Assembly: GCA_030650605.1 (NCBI GenBank)
Contig: JAUSDP010000035.1
Location: 1-63,425, forward strand
Source of the DNA: a bacterium
Lineage (GTDB): Bacteria; Patescibacteriota; Minisyncoccia; Phycocordibacterales; Zambryskibacteraceae
Reading direction: 5' to 3'
DNA: 63,425 bases
The notes under the pieces are model-generated. The model saw only the letters and a list, made by a program, of their open reading frames with translations, had not been told where the DNA came from and searched no databases. Position numbers and translations under genes: made by a program. Below, in pieces: positions 35,517 to 45,678 of the stretch. Position 1 is the first letter of the stretch, and each line of letters opens with the position of its first letter.

Positions 35517-36277
35517 TTTGAAATAAGTGATTCAGCAATCGCTTTTAGACTTTTAGCATTAAGAGAAGCGTGTCCAACTAGAAAACCCTTGATACCAGTC
35601 TCACTGAAGAGTGGACCGATATTTGCTGGTTCAACAGAACCGCCATACAGGATAGGAACATGTTCAGCAACTACGCGGTTAAACATATCGGTAAGAACTT
35701 TTTTGATAAAAATTACTGACTGCGAGAGGTTAGCTGGAGTTATTGCATCTTGAGCATGCTTACCTATAGCCCAAACTGGTTCATAAGCAAGCATTAATTT
35801 AGAGATATCAGTTTTTGGATTCAAGCCGGCGAGTGAGGACTTAAGCTCATCGCGCAAAAATTCGAAATATTCACCGTCTGGATCTCGAGACATCTCACCA
35901 ATGCATACGAGAGGTATAATACTGCAATGTAGAGCAGTCTTTATCTTTTTGGCAATATGTTCTGATGTTTCTCCGAATCCACGACGCTCGCTGTGGCCAA
36001 TAATAGAAAGTTTTGTCCCAAAACTCTTTAAAATATCCGGGGTCACTTGCCCAGTATAATTTCCCGGAGAAAGCGAGGAGATATTTTGAGACGCTAATTG
36101 ACCAAAATTACCAAGACGCTCAGAAACTGATTCAAAATAGGTAAATGGTGGCGCGACAAAAAGAGAAAGTTTCTTGTAGAGTTTGGCACTTTTGGCAATC
36201 TCCCGAAGGAGAACCATAGTTTCTGAAAGCGAGTTCGGATGATTCTTCCAATTCGCTACTAAAATAGGTTTAGCCAT
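35513..36277 (-). CDS. tpiA: triosephosphate isomerase
   Basis: VANWKNH, IGHSERR, AYEPVWAIG, ILYGGSV. Confidence 0.9.
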   Translation of the reverse strand: MAKPILVANWKNHPNSLSETMVLLREIAKSAKLYKKLSLFVAPPFTYFESVSERLGNFGQLASQNISSLSPGNYTGQVTPDILKSFGTKLSIIGHSERRGFGETSEHIAKKIKTALHCSIIPLVCIGEMSRDPDGEYFEFLRDELKSSLAGLNPKTDISKLMLAYEPVWAIGKHAQDAITPANLSQSVIFIKKVLTDMFNRVVAEHVPILYGGSVEPANIGPLFSETGIKGFLVGHASLNAKSLKAIAESLISK

Positions 36278-36290
36278 GATACTCTTTATC

Positions 36291-37670
36291 TTACTCTATT
36301 TCTTTCCAACTCAAAATATCATAACCTCCACCAGGGCCACTTGAAAAATGATTGTTAGCAAGTCCAGATTCATAAGTAACGATCGCGTTGTTGTTAATTT
36401 CGAGTTCATAAGCCGTGACTTCTTTGAGTGCCGCGCTATTACTAATTTCAATCTGGCCTTCACCAGCATAAAGAATTGCCGTCGCTGAGTTGTTAGAGGT
36501 TTTAATAGCGTCTGATCCTGTGCCTTCTTTCTGCGATAAAAGCATGATGTAACTACCTAGAGAACCTGAGCCCAAGGCTTGAGCAGAATTGACAATCTCA
36601 ATATAACCCATAGTCGCGCTTTCATCGATGCCCGCCATGACCACGCCACTTGAGCTACCATAACCTCCATCTAGCCTGATTTTAGAAGTGTTACTCAATT
36701 TAATGTCTCCAGTAACCCACAATGTCCCAGTAACCACTAATTCCGCATCGCCACTCATGTTCAAATTTCCGTTGATCTTTTTAGGTCCCATGCTTCTAAT
36801 GCCACTACTCCATGTTTGAGAACCCAATGTTCCGCCACTAGTTGCTTCCAATTCCCAAGCGTCAATTTGAGTTTCCGAGATTGGCAAAGGCAAAATATCC
36901 GCGGAGACAAATGTATCAGGATTGGGAGTGGTTACAGTTCCGACCACAGTACAACTTGATCTTGTATCATATTTGGCTGTGCCCCAAATTGTGCAGTTAG
37001 AAATAGAGTCAGCTAAGGCGTTACCAGTCACAGTCGTATTTTGAAGCATAGAATGAGTTGCCTTGCCCCCGACAGTTGAGATTCCTCGTATGGTGTGGGA
37101 CCATGCATCACCGTCGATATCCATACCATCAATGATACCAGTTGGCCCAGCAACAACTGCTGTGCCTTGGATTCTGGCTGAATTAGTACCTATGATATTC
37201 CCACTTGAATAAACATTACCAATAATTTTAGACGAATTGCTCATCTCCAATCCGCCTTGCCCGATTTGAACTCCGTAATGAAAAGCGATACCGGTACCGA
37301 GTAGTAAATTAACTTCAACCTTGCGAAAAGTTTCCTTAACCTCACCAATAGCCACGATCTGCTTGCCTTCAGCAGTATCAGTAGTAACTGTGGTGACTGT
37401 ATTTCCCGATAAAGTCAAGTTTTCGTTACTTGAGACTAATTTGCCAGTTTGTAATCTATAAACTACATCCTCAATCCCAGCTTCAGCCAAAAAATAACTT
37501 TGGCGTGAGAGCAACATTTGAGAGGTTATTTTCTGTTGTTTGAGAATCGGCCCAACCATGCCAAAAATGATTGTAACAGAAACAACCAAGAACAATATAG
37601 TAGCTACCATCATCACCTGTCCTGCTTGTCCCGAGCGAAGTCGAGGGAAGTCTAGTCGTTGGTTTTTCAT
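36291..37670 (-). CDS. large pilus-associated (PilX-like minor pilin/tip) protein
   Basis: Hydrophobic N-terminal helix (VMMVATILFLVVSVTIIFGMV) followed by about 400 aa of beta-helix-like G/N/T-rich repeats. Last gene of the pilin cluster. Confidence 0.4.
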   Translation of the reverse strand: MKNQRLDFPRLRSGQAGQVMMVATILFLVVSVTIIFGMVGPILKQQKITSQMLLSRQSYFLAEAGIEDVVYRLQTGKLVSSNENLTLSGNTVTTVTTDTAEGKQIVAIGEVKETFRKVEVNLLLGTGIAFHYGVQIGQGGLEMSNSSKIIGNVYSSGNIIGTNSARIQGTAVVAGPTGIIDGMDIDGDAWSHTIRGISTVGGKATHSMLQNTTVTGNALADSISNCTIWGTAKYDTRSSCTVVGTVTTPNPDTFVSADILPLPISETQIDAWELEATSGGTLGSQTWSSGIRSMGPKKINGNLNMSGDAELVVTGTLWVTGDIKLSNTSKIRLDGGYGSSSGVVMAGIDESATMGYIEIVNSAQALGSGSLGSYIMLLSQKEGTGSDAIKTSNNSATAILYAGEGQIEISNSAALKEVTAYELEINNNAIVTYESGLANNHFSSGPGGGYDILSWKEIE

Positions 37671-37672
37671 AA

Positions 37673-38191
37673 TTAGCGTAAGAGTGCTGAAGAATAAAAC
37701 TTTTCAGAACGATAGTGGGTACTTGTACCACTCTCAATAGTCATTTCAGTCCTAATACCTTCTGAATTCGGACCAAAAAAACGATAAAATGTTAAATTAC
37801 TAACCTGAGCATCCATCTGCGTAAGAGCACCGATATCTATTCCATTCTCTTTAAATAAAATTCTGTCTTCAAAAAGATAGAACTCGACTGTCCGCGGAGT
37901 GCCCATATCATCAATACCTTCAAGCAATAGTCGACCGGGATTTTCATTCAGAATACTTAGACTGACGTTAATACTTTCTGCTTGCCTTAGCTCTCTCACT
38001 AGACGTTCTATGCTTACTGTGGCTGAATTTTCGACATTTTTTAAAGATTTAACAATCCGCCCAGAGCGTATGATAGACACAACGACATTCATGATAACAG
38101 CGAGCATAAGAACCAGAATAGCAATGTAAATTAGCATTTCCACCAGAGAAAATCCTCGAACTTTAGAGTTATGAAGTATTTTAGTCATCAA
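37673..38191 (-). CDS. prepilin-type N-terminal cleavage/methylation domain protein
   Basis: KVRG-FSLVEMLIYIAILVL class III signal. Confidence 0.75.
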   Translation of the reverse strand: MMTKILHNSKVRGFSLVEMLIYIAILVLMLAVIMNVVVSIIRSGRIVKSLKNVENSATVSIERLVRELRQAESINVSLSILNENPGRLLLEGIDDMGTPRTVEFYLFEDRILFKENGIDIGALTQMDAQVSNLTFYRFFGPNSEGIRTEMTIESGTSTHYRSEKFYSSALLR

Positions 38192-38679
38192 TCAATAAAT
38201 AGATTAGTAAGATAGGTCGAAATAGACTTCGTTGTAGTCGCCACACCATTTAACCAGGAAACGCTAGAGACTGCTAATAAGGTATTTGAATCGATCGTTC
38301 CACCCGAAGTAACAATATCCCCAGATGAGTCTCGATAGACTGCCGAGAATCTAACTTTCCTCTCGAAGAGATTATCTATAAAAATATTTGTGGTAGTGAC
38401 TTGCCATACACCTCCAACAAAAACTAGATAATAATCTATATCCAGAGACAGTGGCACGATATTGGTTTCCCAGGAAGAATCCCTAAGAAATCTTATTACT
38501 TCCAAACTTTCTTCGGCAAGTGCTGTAGCCTTGATAACCTCACCATTTGAGAAAGCTGTCTTCAGATAAAGATTATGCACACCAAAGAACGCCAATAGAA
38601 ACACTAAGATAATAGAAGTGGCAATGAGTACTTCTACTAAGGTTAAACCAGAATTAGCGTTTTTCTTTAAATTCTTCAT
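38188..38679 (-). CDS. prepilin-type N-terminal cleavage/methylation domain protein
   Basis: NANSG-LTLVEVLIATSIILV class III signal. Confidence 0.75.
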   Translation of the reverse strand: MKNLKKNANSGLTLVEVLIATSIILVFLLAFFGVHNLYLKTAFSNGEVIKATALAEESLEVIRFLRDSSWETNIVPLSLDIDYYLVFVGGVWQVTTTNIFIDNLFERKVRFSAVYRDSSGDIVTSGGTIDSNTLLAVSSVSWLNGVATTTKSISTYLTNLFID

Positions 38680-38687
38680 AAAAATTG

Positions 38688-39152
38688 TCAGTCTAATTCT
38701 ACTATCCCTGTGGCACTAATGGTAATGGTACGAAAAATAGTTGTGGAAGCTTTGAGAAAAATCTCTACAGTCCCAGTCTCAACAGTATTCCCAGTTAAGC
38801 GTTTGAAAATCACGCTTGTTCCACCACCGTTTAAAATAACATTGCGAAGGCCAACTTGAGGATTGAGTTCAGTAACTACATTTGAGGGGTCAGCTGACAA
38901 ATAAATGGAACCTTTGAATAAAACTATTTGCGAAGCTTCAAAATTAACACCGTATTGAGAATCATCTACTGCTGAGAGAGTGAGTGACCGCGTCTCATTT
39001 AGGATTGAGACAACCAAATCCGCGCTTGTATCAAGAGTTTGGGAAGAATTGAGTTTAGAAAATGAGAATGAGACAATCGTAATCATAAGTACCATAATGG
39101 AGATGGCAATTAGAATTTCGAGAATAGTAAATCCTCTGCGTGTTCTATTCAT
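38688..39152 (-). CDS. prepilin-type N-terminal cleavage/methylation domain protein
   Basis: TRRG-FTILEILIAISIMVL class III signal. Confidence 0.75.
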   Translation of the reverse strand: MNRTRRGFTILEILIAISIMVLMITIVSFSFSKLNSSQTLDTSADLVVSILNETRSLTLSAVDDSQYGVNFEASQIVLFKGSIYLSADPSNVVTELNPQVGLRNVILNGGGTSVIFKRLTGNTVETGTVEIFLKASTTIFRTITISATGIVELD

Positions 39153-39158
39153 AAAAGA

Positions 39159-40370
39159 TTAAATGTAATCTACCAAAGAATAAGTTGGCGCGAGCATGGA
39201 AATGGCGAAGATGCCTACCCCGATACCGATGATAATCATCAAAACTGGCTCAATAATGGTTGAGAGGTCTTTAGTTTTCTGGTCAACTTCTTCTTCGTAA
39301 TAAGTCGCCACCCCCATAAGCATTTCCGAAATCTTACCAGTTTCTTCACCAACGGCGACCATCTCACCAACAAAAAGAGGGTAGAGATTTTCATATTCGA
39401 GAAATACTGCCGACATCGATTCCCCTTTCTCTATAGCCGTCCGAACTCGCGTCAAAGCATCTTTATAAAGATGATTCTGCAACACACTAACAGCAATATC
39501 AAGTGCCACAACAATTTCCACACCACTAGAAAGAAGTGAGGAGAGAGTGCGGGTAGTGCGAGCAGACTCAAACTCTTTGACCATCTCACCGATCACTGGA
39601 ATACGAATAGAGACAACATCTACAAGATTCCGACCCATTTTCGTTCGTAAAAAAAGAATGGAAGAGATTATCAAAAATATAACCCCAGTCACAACCGCTA
39701 GAGTATGTTGGACAAAAAAGTTACTTAGATAAATAAGGACGCGTGTAGCCAAAGGCAATGGTACCCCAAGACCTTCAAAAGTAGCAGTCAAAGTTGGCAC
39801 CATAAAAATGAGGAGTAGCACAGCGAGTATTATCATGACTGAAATAATTACAGCCGGATAGATAAGCGCGCCACGCACTTTCTTTGTTAAGAGATATGAC
39901 TTCTCCATCTGACTAGCCACGATGTTGAGCGAACCAGAAACATTACCAGATTCTTCACCCGCTTTAATCATCGAGACAAAAAGATGTGAGAACGCCTTTG
40001 GCCATCTCCCCAATGATTCTGAGAGTGTTTTACCATGACTAACATCCATTTCGAGCTCGATAAGTAATTTCTTGAACGGCTTACTCTTTGATTGTCGACT
40101 CATCACAGATAGCGCGCGAGTCACCGGCAAGCCGGCCTTTATCATTAGACCGAGATTTTTAGCAAAAGTAATTTTCTGATGAGTTTTTATACCGCTAAAG
40201 ATGTTATCGAGAAAAGTTAATGCTGTGAGACTTTTAACTTCTTGGATAGAGACTATACTGCCACCTTCCTCGCGAATAATATTATATATATCAAAACGAT
40301 TCTTAACTTCAAGAGTACGTTCGTAAATCTTCCTCTCTTTATCCTTAGCTTTATATTTATAGAGAGTCAT
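39159..40370 (-). CDS. pilC: type IV pilus / T2SS platform protein PilC (GspF family)
   Basis: 403 aa with a duplicated GspF domain (..FAKNLGLMIKAGLPVTRAL.. and ..RTLSSLLSSGVEIVVAL..) and three TM segments. Confidence 0.85.
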   Translation of the reverse strand: MTLYKYKAKDKERKIYERTLEVKNRFDIYNIIREEGGSIVSIQEVKSLTALTFLDNIFSGIKTHQKITFAKNLGLMIKAGLPVTRALSVMSRQSKSKPFKKLLIELEMDVSHGKTLSESLGRWPKAFSHLFVSMIKAGEESGNVSGSLNIVASQMEKSYLLTKKVRGALIYPAVIISVMIILAVLLLIFMVPTLTATFEGLGVPLPLATRVLIYLSNFFVQHTLAVVTGVIFLIISSILFLRTKMGRNLVDVVSIRIPVIGEMVKEFESARTTRTLSSLLSSGVEIVVALDIAVSVLQNHLYKDALTRVRTAIEKGESMSAVFLEYENLYPLFVGEMVAVGEETGKISEMLMGVATYYEEEVDQKTKDLSTIIEPVLMIIIGIGVGIFAISMLAPTYSLVDYI

Positions 40371-40481
40371 GGGAAATAAGTTCTAATTTAGAATTTTCAA
40401 TTTCCACTAAATTATCAATTGATTCAATTATACAACAAAACTATCAGATTTTTGCTTGTACCTTTATGGTTATATACACTA

Positions 40482-40745
40482 TTACCTTTTATAGATATCG
40501 TGGTCATCAATTGCTAAAAAGCTTGCGAATTTTGGATTCTGATATTGAAACAGTATTCTTATCTTACTCGTGATATAGAAAGCGTGCCGACCCTTATACC
40601 GACCATGAAGCTTGTGCACATTTAGACTACGATGATTTTTGGTATCTCTAAATAATGCAATTTTCTTCAACACATCTTCCTGAATATTTAGCTCTAGTTT
40701 GTATATCTGGCGCAGAAACTTCGGAGCATATTCAAGCTCAATCAT
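40482..40745 (-). CDS. RelE/YafQ-like type II toxin
   Basis: 87 aa, ...VHKLHGRYKGRHAFYITSKIRILFQY....AIDDHDIYKR. ATGA-type 4-nt overlap with the upstream antitoxin. Confidence 0.55.
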   Translation of the reverse strand: MIELEYAPKFLRQIYKLELNIQEDVLKKIALFRDTKNHRSLNVHKLHGRYKGRHAFYITSKIRILFQYQNPKFASFLAIDDHDIYKR

Positions 40746-40969
40746 TTCATTTTTCTAAGAATTTCTCGTAGGTCTCCCCTTATCCCCTTCCCCTGACGAA
40801 TTTCTTCTTCGGCTTCTAATACATCTTGCAGAAACTGTTCTTCAGCAAGCGCGGCAATAGCCTGCCTAACTGCATGAGCTTTATTGGCAGAAACACCACT
40901 CTTTACTCTTTCTTCAAGAAAACGCCCTTGTTCTCTTGTTATGGGAACTGAAATAGTTATATTACTCAT
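40742..40969 (-). CDS. ribbon-helix-helix (ParD/CopG-like) antitoxin
   Basis: MSNITISVPITREQGRFLEERVKSG.. and AHAVRQAIAAL are typical of an RHH N-terminus. Confidence 0.55.
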   Translation of the reverse strand: MSNITISVPITREQGRFLEERVKSGVSANKAHAVRQAIAALAEEQFLQDVLEAEEEIRQGKGIRGDLREILRKMK

Positions 40970-41048
40970 ACTATTTTATATTATCATATAATAAATATTA
41001 TGAAAATATAATACTCCAATTTCTACTATCAAGCAAATCTCTCTAAGC

Positions 41049-42851
41049 TTATTCAGAAACAACCCGCAAAACTTCTTCTATGGTAGTGATACCTTGCGCC
41101 GCTTTGAAAATACCGTCTTCAAGCATCGTCATCATGCCCTCCAATTTCGCCTGTTCTTCTATCTCCCCAGCCGTTGCCCCTTTCATAATCAAATTTTTGA
41201 TAGTTGGTGTCACCTTTAGCACTTCGTGTATACCTATACGGCTTGAGTATCCATCTTCAGAATCCTTTCCAGGATTTGGTTTCCAAAATGGGATTTTGTC
41301 TATACCGTCTTTCTTGCCGATAATTTTCTCATCTCTAAGAAGAGTCAGTATTCTCTCAAGGGAAACGGCGTGACCGAGTGAATCAAGTTCTCCTTTGTTT
41401 AGGAAATATTTGGTCTTCGATGCCGAAAGTCTTCTAACCAAACGCTGGGCAATAACAATATCAAGAGTGGAAACGAGAAGAAAAGATTCCACCTTCATAT
41501 CAAGCAATCTAGGAATGGCACCGGCAGCAGAATTGGTGTGAAGAGTTGAGAGTACTAGGTGACCAGTGAGCGAGGCGTTGATGGCTAGCGCCGCTGTTTC
41601 GTTGTCGCGAATTTCCCCCACCATGACAATATCCGGATCTTGGCGTACTAGGGTGCGCAGACCATTGGCAAAAGTTAGACCAATTTCCGGACGCACTTGC
41701 GTCTGATTGATGCGCGCCATCTGATATTCAACTGGGTCTTCGATAGTCGAGATGTTGACTCTTGGAGTATTGATAATATCAAGCATGGTGTAGAGAGTTG
41801 TAGTTTTACCAGAACCAGTCGGACCAGTCGCCAAAATCATGCCAGTAGTTACTTTCAGGGCTTTGTGCAAATCATCTAGGCCATGTCCATGAAATCCGAG
41901 ACCTTCTAAAGTGAAGCCTGAAACAGATTCTCGCAAGAGTCGCATCACTGTCTTCTCGCCATAATAAACAGGCAGAGTGGAAACTCTGAAAGAAACTTTC
42001 TCACCTCCAGCATCAATTTTAAAACGACCGTCTTGCGGAATACGTTTCTCATCAAGTTTGAGACTAGAAAGAACTTTGATGCGAGCTGTGATACCGGAAG
42101 CGGTATTCTTCGGCAAAACCATGGCATCGCGTAGAATACCGTCTATACGGTAACGTACCAGCACCTTGTCTTCTTCTGGTTCAATGTGAATGTCAGATGC
42201 GTCTTGAATAATGGCGTGTTTAAGTAGTGTGTCCACAATGCGGACGACTGGAACATCTTCAGCTAGTTTTTTTAAATCGTCCTCATTGATATCTTCGTCG
42301 CCTATTTTGTCGCTGACCGTTTTAAGTGAGTTTGCTTCTTTCTGTATGATATCGCCAAATTCGGCTTTAAGCGTCTTCTGATAAGAGAGCAGAGCCCATT
42401 TCATAGATTCACCATCAGTTAGACGGGGCAATATTTTGAGCCCAACCTTTTTTTTAACAAAATCGATAGCTGTTAAATCTTCGGTATCAAGCATAGCTAC
42501 CTCTAGACTGTCATTAATCTTTCTGAAAGCAACAATGTTGTGATTTCTGGCAATCGGCTCGGGTATAAGAGAAAGTACGGAGAAATCGAGCTTCTGGTCT
42601 TTAAGAGAAACAAAAGGAATACCGAGAATGTAAGCCTGCATTTTGCGCAAGTCATCTTCGGTCAAAGCACCCTTGTTAACTAGCGCTTCTCCGATACTTA
42701 TGTGTTTTCCTTGAGCTTCTTTATTAGCAAGCTCGATCTCCGACTTAGAAACTAAGCCAGAGTCAATCATAAAACTTTCAAGTTTACTCTCGTCAATATG
42801 CATTAAATCTATTTTATCACGCAATGATAAAATAAGTGAGCCACAAGACAA
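41049..42851 (-). CDS. pilB: type IV pilus assembly ATPase PilB (GspE family)
   Basis: N-terminal GSPII_E_N-like domain, Walker A GPTGSGKTTTLY, VGEIRDNETA, TGHLVLSTLHTN. Confidence 0.9.
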   Translation of the reverse strand: MSCGSLILSLRDKIDLMHIDESKLESFMIDSGLVSKSEIELANKEAQGKHISIGEALVNKGALTEDDLRKMQAYILGIPFVSLKDQKLDFSVLSLIPEPIARNHNIVAFRKINDSLEVAMLDTEDLTAIDFVKKKVGLKILPRLTDGESMKWALLSYQKTLKAEFGDIIQKEANSLKTVSDKIGDEDINEDDLKKLAEDVPVVRIVDTLLKHAIIQDASDIHIEPEEDKVLVRYRIDGILRDAMVLPKNTASGITARIKVLSSLKLDEKRIPQDGRFKIDAGGEKVSFRVSTLPVYYGEKTVMRLLRESVSGFTLEGLGFHGHGLDDLHKALKVTTGMILATGPTGSGKTTTLYTMLDIINTPRVNISTIEDPVEYQMARINQTQVRPEIGLTFANGLRTLVRQDPDIVMVGEIRDNETAALAINASLTGHLVLSTLHTNSAAGAIPRLLDMKVESFLLVSTLDIVIAQRLVRRLSASKTKYFLNKGELDSLGHAVSLERILTLLRDEKIIGKKDGIDKIPFWKPNPGKDSEDGYSSRIGIHEVLKVTPTIKNLIMKGATAGEIEEQAKLEGMMTMLEDGIFKAAQGITTIEEVLRVVSE

Positions 42852-42860
42852 TTGCCCCGC

Positions 42861-43370
42861 CTATTTCAACAGATAAGAAATTTGGACGAGAGTCTTACCA
42901 TTCACGCTACTTAGAGCCACAGATAAATTAGCGCCCTCTTTAGTGCCAAAGAGAGCTCTTACCGAAGACCGCGCCCCTCCTTCTGTCACTTGATAACCTA
43001 CTCGATTCATATAATCCTTATATTCCATATATTTTTGCGTCACCGTTTTGGCACTTTGATAGTTCAGACTCAATTGTGTGGCATTGTCTCTGGGATAACG
43101 GGTAGTAGCACTTTCGAGCAGACTACCATTCTCAAGGGGAATTTCTTGAGGAAATCCCACTGGTACGGGAATAATTCCATTGACCATCAGTGTATTCTCA
43201 ACTACCACAGTCGCCGGCTTACGGTCGTTACTGTCAGATTTTGATAAGTTGACTTGAGTATCGGGAGCACGATACCTTGTAAACAATAGAAAACCAGCGC
43301 CCAGTATTAGAATAATTATAAGGAGGGCTGAAATTGTTTTTATATTTTGTGGTTGTTCCATGATAATCAA
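42861..43370 (-). CDS. membrane-anchored hypothetical protein
   Basis: One TM (ISALLIIILILGAGFLLF) plus a 130-aa extracytoplasmic domain. Confidence 0.4.
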   Translation of the reverse strand: MIIMEQPQNIKTISALLIIILILGAGFLLFTRYRAPDTQVNLSKSDSNDRKPATVVVENTLMVNGIIPVPVGFPQEIPLENGSLLESATTRYPRDNATQLSLNYQSAKTVTQKYMEYKDYMNRVGYQVTEGGARSSVRALFGTKEGANLSVALSSVNGKTLVQISYLLK

Positions 43371-43397
43371 TTATTAGATAATAATAAAATTGAATGA

Positions 43398-45647
43398 TTA
43401 AATTTCCTGATACTTGGGATCAAAGTTAATCTGGGCACTAGCAGAACAAGTAGTTTCTAAAGAATCTGCGTCAGTCACCACCACTTCAGCAGTTTTCTGA
43501 CCAATAGTATTGTAGCTAATGCTAAATGGATTGGTATCTGGGGATGGGTTTCCCGGAATATTGCTTCCACTCCAGGCGTAAGTTAGAGGGGGCGTGCCAC
43601 CGGAAACATCGGCAGTCCAAGTGACACTTTCGCCCAAGAGCGCGACCGCCGGCACCGCTCTACAAGTGACCAACAAGGGATTACCTGAAATAACCAAATC
43701 AAAACTTGTCGTTTTATCCAGAGGAGAACCTGTCACAACAATGGGATAAGTATCTGCTGGAGTACTTGGGGAAACAGTGAAGGTGATAACGGAAGAACAA
43801 GTCAATTCACAATTTTGGCCGGAGATACTCGGAGTTACTCCTGCCGGTTGGCCAGAAACGGACAGGGTTACAGGCTGTTTTGTACCTATTACATAAGTTT
43901 TAGTAATTGTATTAGTGGTGAAAGCATCTCCGTTCGTCTTGGTTACGTATGATGTGCCTGAATTTGAAATACTATAATTAAAGGGGTATGCGAAGTTTGC
44001 ACCGGTGGCTTGATCACTATCTACGAGAATGGAACAGATGTCACTTTGACCTATGCAGGCGCCAGTCCAACTGTCAAAGATGTACCCGGCTCCCGGTGTG
44101 GCTATTAGAGTCACCCATGTGCCGTCCGAATAAGTTTCATTACAATCTCCCGGGCAGCTGATACCGTCACCCTCGAGGCCAATTGTGCCACTAACCGTGC
44201 CTTCGCCGATAGCTATAGATACATCCAGCACACGAGGTGGACCGGCCAATTCATCTGCCCCTATATCCCAAGATAAACCCGAGGGTCTTGAATCTCCATC
44301 AATGTCGCTTGAAATTTGAAGATTTGAATCACCAATCAAACTGCTTCCCTTATTTAGAGCTTTGTTGTCGCTTGGAGATAAGTGGAAATCCTTGCCGGCT
44401 TTATCCACAAAAGATACGACTGTATTATTTTGAGGATTTGAGCCGGGCGCGTCATTGAAGCTGTCATTTTTATGATGCGAAATATTGTTGGTTGACGACG
44501 GATCAAAATAGCCGTTATAGGCGTGCGAATAAAAACCTACGGTCGCATCTTGAACGATATTATTTTTTGCGACAATAGTAGCATCGGAAGAATTATTGCT
44601 TATGCCATAGGGTGTGTTTACGACGATATTGTTATAAATATATCCGGTTCCTGAAACGCAACTTATGTTATAGCAACTGCCGTATATAATTCCCGTCGAA
44701 GAACCTGGTCCCGCCGTCCCGCGTAAATCATAAATTAAATTGTTCCAAATTTTCGCATCAACATCCGTATCGGCATACCCAATTGAAATTCCTGAAGCAT
44801 AATTCAAAATTTGGCCGGTTATAATATTATTGCTGAATTCAACCCACCCGTTGTCAATATATGACGCCTCAATTCCATGATTGCCGTCATTGCTGGAAAT
44901 TATCTTTATCTGCAATCCGTCGATTTTGGTGTAAGGAACATAAGTCCTTATTGCGGCAGTGCTATTGTTATCCGGGCTGAAAATTAAGCTGTATTTTTGG
45001 TTATTCCATTTACCGTCATGCCTCTGGCTTAAATTAACTTCGCTCGCGGTATTGGTAGGAGTATAAATCCTAATGTAATTATTTGGACCGGTATTGAAAT
45101 ATTCAATAAGAATTGCCGCAGATATTCCTCCTCCATTAAAATATTCAGGGCCGGTATCGTAGTATAGGGGGATATTTAAAACATAATTTCCAGCTACAAG
45201 GTCAAGAGTATTAAGATGATTAATGTCGCTTGATTGATTTCCTTTGTAAATACTCATGGCATTGTTTAAAGAATCAAATTCGTGCCTAATGGAATTTACA
45301 ATTGCATTTGTAACATCTGTAGGAACACCACCTTTAACCGTAACCACATTCCACTGCGTCTGGGAAATTTTGCCGGAAATAAAAACTTTTTGATTACCGC
45401 TGTAAGTAACCCTGTCTCCCACGCCCATATTGGGCGCGGTCTGAGCCACGCTGAAAGTGGCGATTCCGTTTGAAATAGAAACCCTTAGTGGTGATCCGGT
45501 TTTATGATCCGTGGTATTCTGACCGGCAGAATAATAAACCTGTGTCGCGCCGGCAGCTTCTAAAACTTGCGGAGCATTCATTACCCAAAAACCAATCAAA
45601 AAAATAGGGATAAAAACTGCTCTGTACAAGCTATTCATCATTGGCAA
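43398..45647 (-). CDS. secreted parallel-beta-helix surface protein with C-terminal Ig/PKD-like modules
   Basis: Signal peptide. Repeated NNI(I/V)xx... turns (NNIITGQ, NNLIYD, NNIVVNT, NNIVQDA) typical of a right-handed beta-helix. The C-terminal ~90 aa are shared with 45679-47565. Confidence 0.55.
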   Translation of the reverse strand: MPMMNSLYRAVFIPIFLIGFWVMNAPQVLEAAGATQVYYSAGQNTTDHKTGSPLRVSISNGIATFSVAQTAPNMGVGDRVTYSGNQKVFISGKISQTQWNVVTVKGGVPTDVTNAIVNSIRHEFDSLNNAMSIYKGNQSSDINHLNTLDLVAGNYVLNIPLYYDTGPEYFNGGGISAAILIEYFNTGPNNYIRIYTPTNTASEVNLSQRHDGKWNNQKYSLIFSPDNNSTAAIRTYVPYTKIDGLQIKIISSNDGNHGIEASYIDNGWVEFSNNIITGQILNYASGISIGYADTDVDAKIWNNLIYDLRGTAGPGSSTGIIYGSCYNISCVSGTGYIYNNIVVNTPYGISNNSSDATIVAKNNIVQDATVGFYSHAYNGYFDPSSTNNISHHKNDSFNDAPGSNPQNNTVVSFVDKAGKDFHLSPSDNKALNKGSSLIGDSNLQISSDIDGDSRPSGLSWDIGADELAGPPRVLDVSIAIGEGTVSGTIGLEGDGISCPGDCNETYSDGTWVTLIATPGAGYIFDSWTGACIGQSDICSILVDSDQATGANFAYPFNYSISNSGTSYVTKTNGDAFTTNTITKTYVIGTKQPVTLSVSGQPAGVTPSISGQNCELTCSSVITFTVSPSTPADTYPIVVTGSPLDKTTSFDLVISGNPLLVTCRAVPAVALLGESVTWTADVSGGTPPLTYAWSGSNIPGNPSPDTNPFSISYNTIGQKTAEVVVTDADSLETTCSASAQINFDPKYQEI

Positions 45648-45678
45648 TTGTTGTTAGATAAAACATTTTAATATTTGT

